Shown: one piece after another, positions 1-8,902 of the stretch
Layout: every line of letters starts with the position of its first letter
Position numbering within the stretch: the first letter of the stretch is position 1
NCBI GenBank assembly: GCA_965279035.1
Contig: OZ257142.1
Location: 2,496,001 to 2,560,000 of the forward strand
Length of the DNA: 64,000 nucleotides
Reading direction: 5' to 3'
Source of the DNA: Bacteroidia bacterium
Lineage (GTDB): Bacteria > Bacteroidota > Bacteroidia > M30B66
The notes under the pieces: generated by a model
Told to the model about the DNA's origin: nothing
Seen by the model: only the letters and a program-made list of their open reading frames with translations
Databases searched by the model: none
Program-made: the position numbers and the translations under genes

Positions 1-357
1 CTACTTACATTACCTGCTTTCTTTACAGGTGAAGGTGCTGAAGAAATGATCGAAGAACTGCCCGGAGTTTCACATCATCTCATTCATGAACACGAAGAAT
101 CGGCTGAATTCGCCTTATGGCTTTCTGAAATTTTAGGAATTCTTGCTTTTGTGGCTCTTTATTTTGAACAAACCAAACATAAACTAGCAGGCACATTGAG
201 TATTGTTACCTTAATTTTCAATCTAGGAACTTTTGTTTCGATGAGCCTTGTAGGGAATTCAGGTGGAGAAATTCGTCACCCGGAAATTCGAAAAGAAAGT
301 CTTTCCTCTTCTTCTGATTCTTTAAATAGAATCAAAGAAAACGAAGAAGATCACTGA
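1..357 (+). CDS. Membrane protein, DUF2231-like; 5'-truncated by the window edge
   Basis: The frame of ORF 46..357 is open back to base 1 (LLTLPAFFTGEGAEE-M...). It has hydrophobic helices and a GG.IRHPE C-terminal motif typical of this Bacteroidota family. Confidence 0.65.
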   Translation, partial: LLTLPAFFTGEGAEEMIEELPGVSHHLIHEHEESAEFALWLSEILGILAFVALYFEQTKHKLAGTLSIVTLIFNLGTFVSMSLVGNSGGEIRHPEIRKESLSSSSDSLNRIKENEEDH

Positions 358-1244
358 TTTATTTTTGCGTATTTATTGGAATTCGTTGGATCCAATTCAG
401 CTAGTAAAGCGAGAATCTCTTCCTTTTCTGTTGGTGTAGCTTGTTTATAAATGTTAATTAGCTCATCGGTTTTAGCATTAAAGAAAAGCTGAACATTATA
501 CGATGAAGGGCGCTGTTTATTTACTGTTTGAATCTTCTTTAATGCTTCTTTGATATTGGTTTTCGCCAAATCCATTTTACTATACATATTATCCATACCC
601 ATGCGGTTGTACAAATAATTGGCTTCTCGTAAAGGACGATAAATTGAATTCAAATAGTTTTCAGTTAACCAGTAACGATTACGTGGAGGAATATCCGAAG
701 CCTTCCAGCCTTTTCCACCATCATTTTGAGCATTGATAACCGTTTGTTGTGCTTTTTGCCAGAATTGCGTTCCGCCTTCCAAACTAAAACTGTCGTAATC
801 CATCGCCAACATGACGTAGGCATAATAGCCTAAAATGCTCGATAAACTAGAAACATAAGCATTGTCTGCAAAATCAATGGGTTGGTACTCTAGATATTTG
901 AAAGCAATGTCTTGATCGATGAAATTCATCAAAAGTGTTCCAATATTGGCATTGTAGATTGGTCGTCGTAGCTGAATTTGCAAAGTGCCCGACATTTCAT
1001 CTGGTTGAGTGTATTTGTTGATGTTGAAAGTCAAACTGCATTCAATACGTTCGTCGCGTTTGAATTGATCGCTCGTCCATTTACGGTTATTCATAAATTC
1101 CCGAATGGCAGTTTCTAGTGTTGTAAAGATTCGTTTATCGCTTAGTTGAATACTTGGAGATAATACCGAAACCTTGCAATTTAACTCTTGGCTAACACCA
1201 ATCAGTGGAAGAAAAAGACTAACAATAAGAATGAGTTTACGCAT
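351..1244 (-). CDS. DUF4835 family protein (PorD-like T9SS-associated)
   Basis: Signal peptide then QELNC.V; EF.NNRKW..D...ERI.C motif; last gene of the conserved bamD-rpoZ-coaBC-DUF4835 cluster. Confidence 0.85.
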   Translation of the reverse strand: MRKLILIVSLFLPLIGVSQELNCKVSVLSPSIQLSDKRIFTTLETAIREFMNNRKWTSDQFKRDERIECSLTFNINKYTQPDEMSGTLQIQLRRPIYNANIGTLLMNFIDQDIAFKYLEYQPIDFADNAYVSSLSSILGYYAYVMLAMDYDSFSLEGGTQFWQKAQQTVINAQNDGGKGWKASDIPPRNRYWLTENYLNSIYRPLREANYLYNRMGMDNMYSKMDLAKTNIKEALKKIQTVNKQRPSSYNVQLFFNAKTDELINIYKQATPTEKEEILALLAELDPTNSNKYAKINQ

Positions 1245-2442
1245 GTAACATCAGTTCGTTAAGATGATCAGCAATTTCACGAGCCGCCTCCGATTTAGAT
1301 CGTTGTTCGAATGCCTTCCAATTTCCTTCGGAAGTATATATTTCGATTTGATTTTTATCACTACCAAACACAGCATTCTCAGGAGAAAGTATGTTCAATA
1401 CAATAAAATCGAGATGCTTGTTCTTTAATTTCTTTTCTGCTTGAATTCTACCTTCTGAGGTTTCTAAAGCAAAACCAGCTAAGATTTGTCCTGGCTGTTT
1501 TAAATCGCCAAGTTTAGCTAGAATGTCTTTTGTGGGTTCTAATTGTAAAAGTAATTCTGCTTCCGACTTTTTTATTTTACCCTCTTTCTGGACAGATGGT
1601 TTATAATCGGCAACAGCTGCAGTAAGAATTGCAGCATCACAATTGGAGAAACGTTTGACTGTTTCATTATACATTTCCTCTGCAGTTATTACTGAAATAA
1701 CTTCAATGCTAGGATTCGTTGCTTTGAGCTGAACTGGCCCAGAAACCAATTCTACTTTCGCTCCGCGTGATGCTAATTCTTCTGCCAAAGCATATCCCAT
1801 TTTCCCCGATGAATGATTGGAAATGAAACGAACAGCATCGATTGATTCTTGTGTTGGTCCTGCAGTTAGCAGAATTTTTTTTCCAAACATCAAGCGATAA
1901 TGAGCAAAATGCGATTGCAAACTGGCAACAATATCTTCGGGTTCCGACATACGACCTTCACCAATTAATCCACTGGCAAGTTCACCCGAAGCTGGCTCAA
2001 TTATAAAGTTCCCGAATTCCTTTAATTTTTGAATGTTCGATTGTGTGGAAGGATGTTTCCACATATCCACATCCATTGCAGGTGCGAAAAATACCGGACA
2101 TCGAGCAGAAAGATACACTGCTGAAAGCAAATTGGGACAAAGTCCGTTTGCACAATGTCCAAGTGTATTGGCACTTGCTGGAGCGATGATAAATGCATCA
2201 GCCCAAAGTCCCAATTCTACATGATTCACCCATTCTCCTTGTGAACCAATTGTAAAACTGGAGTTCACCGGATTTCTCGAAAGAGTATGAAGAGTAAGTG
2301 GAGTAATAAAGTCGCGCGCCGATTCGGTCATCACCACACGGACTTCCGCCCCGGCTTTCACCAGGAGACGAGTGAGAGCGGCACTTTTATATGCAGCAAT
2401 GCTACCCGTTACGCCCAGGATGATCTTTTTCCGAAAAAGCAT
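1237..2442 (-). CDS. coaBC: Bifunctional phosphopantothenoylcysteine decarboxylase/synthetase
   Basis: GVTGSIAAYK, APASANT, APAMD, TAGPT.E.IDAVRFISNHSSGKMG, AAVADY and GFALET motifs. Confidence 0.97.
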   Translation of the reverse strand: MLFRKKIILGVTGSIAAYKSAALTRLLVKAGAEVRVVMTESARDFITPLTLHTLSRNPVNSSFTIGSQGEWVNHVELGLWADAFIIAPASANTLGHCANGLCPNLLSAVYLSARCPVFFAPAMDVDMWKHPSTQSNIQKLKEFGNFIIEPASGELASGLIGEGRMSEPEDIVASLQSHFAHYRLMFGKKILLTAGPTQESIDAVRFISNHSSGKMGYALAEELASRGAKVELVSGPVQLKATNPSIEVISVITAEEMYNETVKRFSNCDAAILTAAVADYKPSVQKEGKIKKSEAELLLQLEPTKDILAKLGDLKQPGQILAGFALETSEGRIQAEKKLKNKHLDFIVLNILSPENAVFGSDKNQIEIYTSEGNWKAFEQRSKSEAAREIADHLNELMLHA

Positions 2443-2451
2443 GCAGGACGC

Positions 2452-2772
2452 TTATTTCTCTTCAGTCGCCTCGTTAGCACGACTGCGGTGATATACTTTT
2501 CCTTCTTGATATTCATTGATAGCTATCAAAGAAGGTTTAGGTTGACGTTCGTAATATTTTGAAATTTCGATTTGCTCACGGTTTTCGAAAATTTCTTCCA
2601 AATTATCGCTTGAAGTTGCAAACTCAGAAAGTTTTGCATTCAACTCTTCTTTCACGTTCAAACCAATTTGGTTAGCACGTTTTGCGATGATGGCAATGGA
2701 TTCGTAAATGTTTCCTGTTGTTCCTTCTAAGTTACGAAGGTCGCGGGTTACAGTGGTGTTTTCTACAGCCAT
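2452..2772 (-). CDS. rpoZ: RNA polymerase omega subunit (Bacteroidota type)
   Basis: TGNIYE...IAKRANQI, EEIFENREQIEIS..YE..PKP; lies between bamD and coaBC. Confidence 0.92.
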   Translation of the reverse strand: MAVENTTVTRDLRNLEGTTGNIYESIAIIAKRANQIGLNVKEELNAKLSEFATSSDNLEEIFENREQIEISKYYERQPKPSLIAINEYQEGKVYHRSRANEATEEK

Positions 2773-2795
2773 AGTGGGTGTTCCTTGGGAACGTT

Positions 2796-3608
2796 TTAGT
2801 TCGTTGGTTTATATTGGGCAAATCGCTCTTTGGCTTTCGAATGAATCGATTCTGCCTCTTTTGCGTATTTTCCGGTTGCAAATTTATCAATAAAAGTGAA
2901 ATAGGCGTCAATTGTACTTTTGTATCGCTCATACTTTTTTGAATCGATACTGTTTTCGGCCAATTCGTAGTTCGATTTACAAATCAAAAACAGCAATTCC
3001 TCTTTATATGTAGTCATCGGAAAGTCTTTTATTGTATTCTGCATGGCGATAATTGCCGCTTTGTAATCCGACATCTTATAATAGAGCATCGCCGTTTCAT
3101 AGGCTTTGATTTCGAGTTTCGCACGGAGTTTATCAATCAAGGTATTGCATTCTTCAATGCGAGTGCTGTTTGGATATTGATTGATAAAAAGCTGCAATTC
3201 CTCTATGGCTCTATAGCTATTCGACTGATCCAATGAGGGGGCTGGTGAACCGAGATAATAGCAATACGCATTCATGTAGGCCATTTCCTCGGTGCGTTTA
3301 CTTGATGGATAGGTTTTAGCAAACTGAGCAAAGTGATAACTCGCACTGATTAAATCATCTAAGTAATAATTACAGTAACAGTAATAGTAATAAATATCTT
3401 CCGCTTCAGAGGTTCCTCGTTTAACGCTCACCAGTTCTTCCAACAAGGGATACGCTTTTTGATAGTCTTTTTTATCGTAAAGTTTTTTAGCCAACTCATA
3501 CTTGCGAGCATAGTCATTGCTTTTCAGAACTTTCTGATAATCACTACATGACGTGCTAATTATGCAGGTAAAAAGGAGGATAAAAATTGGATTCTTCAAA
3601 AATTTCAT
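2796..3608 (-). CDS. bamD: Outer membrane protein assembly lipoprotein BamD
   Basis: Lipobox (STSC), TPR-like repeats, SP..SLDQ and KA...A..Y motifs. Confidence 0.93.
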   Translation of the reverse strand: MKFLKNPIFILLFTCIISTSCSDYQKVLKSNDYARKYELAKKLYDKKDYQKAYPLLEELVSVKRGTSEAEDIYYYYCYCNYYLDDLISASYHFAQFAKTYPSSKRTEEMAYMNAYCYYLGSPAPSLDQSNSYRAIEELQLFINQYPNSTRIEECNTLIDKLRAKLEIKAYETAMLYYKMSDYKAAIIAMQNTIKDFPMTTYKEELLFLICKSNYELAENSIDSKKYERYKSTIDAYFTFIDKFATGKYAKEAESIHSKAKERFAQYKPTN

Positions 3609-3612
3609 GGTG

Positions 3613-3620
3613 CAAAAATA
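3613..3620 (-). promoter_or_regulatory. Bacteroidota -7 promoter element for bamD
   Basis: Minus strand reads TATTTTTG-CACC-ATG, matching TAnnTTTG. Confidence 0.65.
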
Positions 3621-3681
3621 CAGAAAGGGTTGTTGACAAACGGATGTTCGTGACTTTTCCTATGTGAGACCTTAATTTTCT

Positions 3682-3689
3682 TAATTTTG
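3682..3689 (+). promoter_or_regulatory. Bacteroidota -7 promoter element for the PLP acyltransferase gene
   Basis: TAATTTTG 28 nt before the ATG at 3718, divergent from bamD. Confidence 0.6.
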
Positions 3690-3717
3690 CGGGCGAATTG
3701 CTTAACACGCTCCCATC

Positions 3718-4959
3718 ATGGACTTATTTGAAAAGCTAAAGTTGAATCCAGGTCCGCTAGGATCTTATGCAAAAGAAGTACACGGATATTTTACCTTCCC
3801 AAAGTTGGAAGGAGAAATTGGACCACGGATGATTTTCCGCGGAAAAGAACGACTCAATTGGAGTCTGAATAATTATTTAGGATTAGCGAATCATCCTGAA
3901 GTTCGTAAAGCGGATGCTGAAGGTGCTATTCAATATGGAGCAGCTTTACCTATGGGTGCTCGTATGATGTCGGGAAATACCGATTTACACGAACAACTTG
4001 AGCGTGAATTGGCTGACTTTGAAAAGAAAGAAGATGCTATTTTGGTAAACTACGGTTATCAAGGTATCATGTCGGCAATTGATGCTTTAGTAGATCGTCA
4101 CGATGTGATTGTTTACGATTCCGAATCGCATGCATGTATTATTGATGGTGTTCGTTTGCATATGGGTAAACGTTATGTGTATCCTCATAACGACATTAGT
4201 AATTTAGAAACTCAATTGGAACGTGCTACGAAATTGGTAGCTGAATCGAACGGAGCTATTTTGGTTATTACCGAAGGAGTTTTCGGAATGAGTGGTGATC
4301 AAGGGAAATTGAAGGAGATAGTTGAGTTAAAGAAAAAATTTCAGTTTCGCTTATTGGTTGATGATGCTCACGGATTTGGAACAATGGGCAAAACAGGTGC
4401 TGGTACTTCCGAAGAACAAGATTGTATGGATGGTGTGGATTTATACTTTGGAACTTTCGCTAAATCCATGGCTTTAATTGGAGGATTTATTGCCGGTGAA
4501 AAAGAAGTGATTGAGTATTTACGCTACAATATGCGTTCTCAAATTTTTGCGAAAGCCTTGCCAATGCCATTGGTTGTTGGTTCATTAAAGCGTTTGCAAT
4601 TATTACGTACTCAACCCGAATTGAAAGATAATCTTTGGAAAATCACTAATGCACTTCAAGGCAAACTTCGTTCTGAAGGTTTTGAAATTGGCAAAACACA
4701 ATCGCCTGTTACACCAGTATTCTTGAATGGTTCAATTCCTGAAGCAGCTAATTTGATTTTCGATTTACGCGAAAACTTCAATATTTTCTGCTCTATGGTT
4801 GTTTATCCAGTTGTACCGAAAGGAGTGATCATGTTGAGACTCATTCCAACAGCTGTTCATACGCTTGAAGATGTAGATTACACAATTAAAGCATTCTCTA
4901 GCATTAAAGACAAATTGAAAGCCGGTCATTATGAACGAGCAATGGAGAAAGTGATTTAA
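3718..4959 (+). CDS. PLP-dependent alpha-oxoamine synthase, probably cysteate:fatty-acyl transferase (capnine/sulfonolipid synthesis)
   Basis: NNYLGLA, DSESHACIIDG, DDAHGFG and GTFAKS (PLP lysine). The N-terminus GY.TFPKLEG..GPRM.F.GK..LNWS resembles the Flavobacteriia CFAT/SulA clade as I recall it. Confidence 0.75.
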   Translation: MDLFEKLKLNPGPLGSYAKEVHGYFTFPKLEGEIGPRMIFRGKERLNWSLNNYLGLANHPEVRKADAEGAIQYGAALPMGARMMSGNTDLHEQLERELADFEKKEDAILVNYGYQGIMSAIDALVDRHDVIVYDSESHACIIDGVRLHMGKRYVYPHNDISNLETQLERATKLVAESNGAILVITEGVFGMSGDQGKLKEIVELKKKFQFRLLVDDAHGFGTMGKTGAGTSEEQDCMDGVDLYFGTFAKSMALIGGFIAGEKEVIEYLRYNMRSQIFAKALPMPLVVGSLKRLQLLRTQPELKDNLWKITNALQGKLRSEGFEIGKTQSPVTPVFLNGSIPEAANLIFDLRENFNIFCSMVVYPVVPKGVIMLRLIPTAVHTLEDVDYTIKAFSSIKDKLKAGHYERAMEKVI

Positions 4960-4980
4960 TACTTTATTCTATAAAATTGA

Positions 4981-5014
4981 AAGCCTCGAGAATAGTGATT
5001 TTCGGGGCTTTTTT
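4981..5014 (+). terminator. Intrinsic terminator
   Basis: AAGCCTCGAGA...TTTCGGGGCTT stem (with G.U pairs) followed by a T-run, about 20 nt after the stop codon. Confidence 0.8.
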
Positions 5015-5166
5015 ATTTTACATGTTGATTTATATTCGATATATAAATGCAAAAGCTTTTCACCCGTAATGAATTAAATCATTTATATAGGTTATAAATT
5101 CACAAACACGATCATTCCTAAATTCAATGAAATTTGCTCATTATTCACTGTTTTTAAATAATTCCA

Positions 5167-5520
5167 ATGGATAACTATCGAAAACTGTTGCTGATCTTGA
5201 TGATTTCATTTTTTATTTCATGCAATAAAAATGAAGAGAAGCAAACGATTCCTGTTTCTATTCACTATTTCCCTATAGTCAAATCGATTATGCAAGCTAA
5301 ATGCAATTCATGTCATTTGTCTTCTGGAACATGGGCTGGGCAACCTGTTTCTTTCGATACAGATTCTTCCATTTCTGCAAGTAGTTTAATTATAAAAAAT
5401 GCTGTAGTAGGACCATTTTCACAATTCAATAAAAAGATGCCTCAAGATGATTCACTTTCAACAAATGAAATTCAAGCGATTGATTCTTGGCAATCGAAAG
5501 GAGGAAATATAACGGATTAA
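5167..5520 (+). CDS. Small monoheme c-type cytochrome lipoprotein
   Basis: Lipobox FISC, CNSCH heme motif, KMP distal Met and ..I..W...GG C-terminus. Confidence 0.7.
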   Translation: MDNYRKLLLILMISFFISCNKNEEKQTIPVSIHYFPIVKSIMQAKCNSCHLSSGTWAGQPVSFDTDSSISASSLIIKNAVVGPFSQFNKKMPQDDSLSTNEIQAIDSWQSKGGNITD

Positions 5521-5553
5521 GATTAATTTAAAAATGACAGTAGATAATTTCAT

Positions 5554-6531
5554 TTAAAAATTATCCAGTAATAATTCATAATCCTGAAATAATTCAGTTG
5601 GATTTTCAATTTTGTTTTGGGAAAGCGGAATTCTTATGAAAATGGTAGAATAAATCCCAGGTTTTGTTTTATAATTTAGAGGATTAGCCCAAGAATCGTC
5701 ATCGAAACGGAGTTTTGCCTTACCACAAATACCTGCTTCAAAACCAATTATTCCATTTTTTAAAATCCTTCGTCCATAACGAAATCCCAAGACCGATTGT
5801 CTTAATTTCATTTGCATCTGATCGCCTGTAAATGAAGCTAATGGAGATCCTATTGCATTCCTCACCCCTATTGGATGAAATGCAATTGTATAAATACTTC
5901 TAGTTGTTTTATATTGATAACTCATTAAGAATGGCAAAACAAATCGAATAGTTTGGTGCGAGTCGACCTTCCAATTAAATCCAAGTAATGGGAATAAAAT
6001 TCCATTTCCATAGACATAGGAATATGAAATACCGATATTCCACTTCCATTTTTTGGAGTTTAATCTTGAATACATGAGTGAACCTGAATATTTGGGATTA
6101 TTTAATGACCATATTTTATCATCCGTTTGAATAAGTAATCGGTTGCTAAATACAAAATAACCATGCAACCTCTTATTATCGAAATAAACAGTTCTTAAAC
6201 TCAATGAACTCGTTAATAAAATCCGTTTTGAATTTTGATCAAAAAAACGAACAGGTTGAATGACTTGTCGAACATTTCCTCGAAAAGAAATAAGACCTGT
6301 ATCTAACTTGATTTTCCCAAGATCAAAATCGAGTTCAACTTGATTGGATTGAATAGAAAACGCATCTGTTGTGTCGATGTATTTTCTGGTTGAAAAGAAA
6401 GTAGATTGAAGTTTTAAGTTAAATGGTTGTTTAAAGTCTGATTGTGAACTAAGCTTTAAAACACACAGAATAAATAGTAAGATGAAATAGCAATTCCGAG
6501 GTAAGATCATGTTGAGTAGAGTTCGTTTCAT
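5554..6531 (-). CDS. Putative outer-membrane beta-barrel protein (DUF6268-like)
   Basis: Signal peptide and alternating beta-strand pattern (KWKWNIGISYSY...FPLLGFNW). Confidence 0.5.
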   Translation of the reverse strand: MKRTLLNMILPRNCYFILLFILCVLKLSSQSDFKQPFNLKLQSTFFSTRKYIDTTDAFSIQSNQVELDFDLGKIKLDTGLISFRGNVRQVIQPVRFFDQNSKRILLTSSLSLRTVYFDNKRLHGYFVFSNRLLIQTDDKIWSLNNPKYSGSLMYSRLNSKKWKWNIGISYSYVYGNGILFPLLGFNWKVDSHQTIRFVLPFLMSYQYKTTRSIYTIAFHPIGVRNAIGSPLASFTGDQMQMKLRQSVLGFRYGRRILKNGIIGFEAGICGKAKLRFDDDSWANPLNYKTKPGIYSTIFIRIPLSQNKIENPTELFQDYELLLDNF

Positions 6532-6600
6532 TCAGTTCGTTTAAAATCAGACTAAATCAATGATTGAATCAAGCTTACACTTTTATGTATCTTCGTTGCC

Positions 6601-7980
6601 ATGGCATGGGTGCTATTTATTTTTTTCTTAGGATTTTTTCTATTTCTTATTTTAAAGATGCCCTTTTTTTCTAAAAGTGGCATTCGACCTATTCCTCTGT
6701 TTATTGCTTATTTATTGAAAGTCCTTGCAGGAATTGGATTAACATTAATCTATACGTATTACTATCCAGATCGAAGCACAGCAGATATTTATAAATATTT
6801 TGATGATGCACGAGTGATTTCTTCAGCATTACCGGAGCATCCAGAAATTTATTTTAAACTAATTGTTGGAGTTCAAGAAAATAATCCAACACTCGAACCC
6901 TATATTTCTAAAATGCACAATTGGTCCCTACATAGTGATCAATGGTTTGAATATACACAAACTCGCGATTTTAATTTATTTAGTTCCAATCGCATAATAA
7001 CTCGCTTTAATGCTTTGATATTTCCATTAAGCCAAGGAAACATATTTACACATGTTTTATTTATGTGCTTTCTTTCATTTACTGGTTTAATGGCGCTTTA
7101 TCGATTATTATCAAGCCAAGATTCCTCGAAAAAAATAGGATTGTTTCTTGTAATTTTCCTTTGGCCTTCAGTGATGCTTTGGTCTTCTGGAGTTTTGAAA
7201 GATGGAATGATAATAGCCGTTTTTTATCTAATGATTTATTTGATTCATAAGATTATCCAAAATAAAGAAAATAGCTATTTGCAAATTCCTGTTGTTTTGA
7301 TTTTTATTTTGATCTTACTTATCACCAAATATTATGTTGTATTGGCCTGTATTCCAGCATTCATTGCATTATTTATAAATCGATTTCGACCATCAATAAG
7401 CCCGTTTCGAATGCAGCTACTTGCATTAGGAATTTGCTTGATTACTCTATTAAAACTTTCCTACTCTGGTTTTGAACCAAATGCAATTTCTATTTTACAT
7501 GATAAACGGGAAGAAGCGTTAAAGGCAGCAATTTTAGGGAATGCAAAACACAATTTATTTGTCGACAATGCTGATATAGGTATTCTTGGATTTATTCAAA
7601 AAACACCAGAAGCTTTAACAACAGGATTATTTCGCCCATTTATTTGGGAAACAGGAAATTCACCATTTATTTTCTTGAGTGCAGTAGAAAACGTATTGTT
7701 GTTCCTATTAGTTTTAACAACCCTGTTTTACAGAGATCGAAATTTGAATTACCCAAAAACTGTTTTTGTTTGGTTTTTTATTTCGTTTAGTCTCTGTCTT
7801 GCTTTTATCATAGGATACACAACTCCTGTAAGTGGAGGAATTGTTCGCTATAAAACTGCATTTTTACCTGCTTTATGTAGTAGTTTGATTTTAATTTCAG
7901 ATATTAAAAAAATACCTGTACTAAAACGAATTAAAAATCAATTCATTCAAAAACTAGAAACATTCCTATTTATTAATTAA
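6601..7980 (+). CDS. Polytopic membrane protein, GT-C/polysaccharide-polymerase-like
   Basis: Many TM helices; D..KYF.D, WPS..LWSSG.LKD, RPF.WE and G..VRYK motifs. Confidence 0.55.
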   Translation: MAWVLFIFFLGFFLFLILKMPFFSKSGIRPIPLFIAYLLKVLAGIGLTLIYTYYYPDRSTADIYKYFDDARVISSALPEHPEIYFKLIVGVQENNPTLEPYISKMHNWSLHSDQWFEYTQTRDFNLFSSNRIITRFNALIFPLSQGNIFTHVLFMCFLSFTGLMALYRLLSSQDSSKKIGLFLVIFLWPSVMLWSSGVLKDGMIIAVFYLMIYLIHKIIQNKENSYLQIPVVLIFILILLITKYYVVLACIPAFIALFINRFRPSISPFRMQLLALGICLITLLKLSYSGFEPNAISILHDKREEALKAAILGNAKHNLFVDNADIGILGFIQKTPEALTTGLFRPFIWETGNSPFIFLSAVENVLLFLLVLTTLFYRDRNLNYPKTVFVWFFISFSLCLAFIIGYTTPVSGGIVRYKTAFLPALCSSLILISDIKKIPVLKRIKNQFIQKLETFLFIN

Positions 7981-8812
7981 ACAATGTGGAGTTAATTCCT
8001 CTCTCAGACTCCCATTTTCTAATTGCTTGGATTGATGTTTTCACCTTCAGTTTCTTTAGAATATTCCTACGGTAAATTTTAACTGTTTGAATTTGCAAAT
8101 TAAGAGCTTCACCAATTTCTTTTGATGATAAGCCTTTAGCAATAAGGGCTAATGTTTCGTTTTCTCGTGGCGACAAGGTTGCAATTAAGTCATTTGAATT
8201 GGTATCAGGCAAGATTTCTTTTGTCTTAGTACCATTAGTAAAATAACCTGCAACACGTTGAACTGATTGATTATCTGGCAAACAAACAACAGTACCAAAA
8301 TCTATTAATTGTTCATTTTCTCCATTCTGAACGAGTTTGTTCATTTGAATGCACCAAGAATATTTCCCATCTGCCAATTTAATCCGATAGAAAACTTTAA
8401 AGGAAATTTGCTCCCAATCCTCTTTAAATACATTCAATAAATGAGTGCCTGCTTTTTTAATGATTTGTAATACATTCAAATAATCGTCGGGGTGAATAAT
8501 CGACTCAAGAATTTGAATATTACTGTTTAAAAATTGTGTCTTTTCAATTCCAACAAGTTCAGCTAAAGCATTATTTACATATAAATAATTTGAATTACTA
8601 TAATCAATCACATAAACACCAATCTTCAATTCATCAAATAACTGTAATTCGAATGAAGAGGATAAAATAAATTTTTTTGTATTTCCATTTAAATGAATAC
8701 GCCTTAACAATTTGCTAAGTTGTTTTAGCAATTTGAATTTTGACTCTACTTTTTCTGTATTCTCGGATTGCTCGTTATTCAATACAAACATGTACTCTTG
8801 ATTGAAAATCAA
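7973..8812 (-). CDS. PAS-LuxR transcriptional regulator (start may be the ATG at 8791)
   Basis: PAS_3 (IHPDD...YRI..DG.Y.W) plus a LuxR HTH (LSPRE.E.L..IAKGLSSKEI...L..TVK.YRRNI.KKL). Confidence 0.88.
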   Translation of the reverse strand: MIFNQEYMFVLNNEQSENTEKVESKFKLLKQLSKLLRRIHLNGNTKKFILSSSFELQLFDELKIGVYVIDYSNSNYLYVNNALAELVGIEKTQFLNSNIQILESIIHPDDYLNVLQIIKKAGTHLLNVFKEDWEQISFKVFYRIKLADGKYSWCIQMNKLVQNGENEQLIDFGTVVCLPDNQSVQRVAGYFTNGTKTKEILPDTNSNDLIATLSPRENETLALIAKGLSSKEIGEALNLQIQTVKIYRRNILKKLKVKTSIQAIRKWESERGINSTLFN

Positions 8813-8902
8813 AGCAATTTAAGGGTATCAATTTTAATAAGCCCTCACCCAAAAGGTGTATTTTTCAATTCTTAACAATTGATAAATGCAACAATCTGGA
8901 CA

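Noticed and set aside
2033-2932. Short alternative-frame ORFs over coaBC/rpoZ/bamD (and the similar 60-120 aa ORFs nested in genes throughout the window)
   Set aside because: They overlap confidently identified genes, have no motifs, and are expected by chance.
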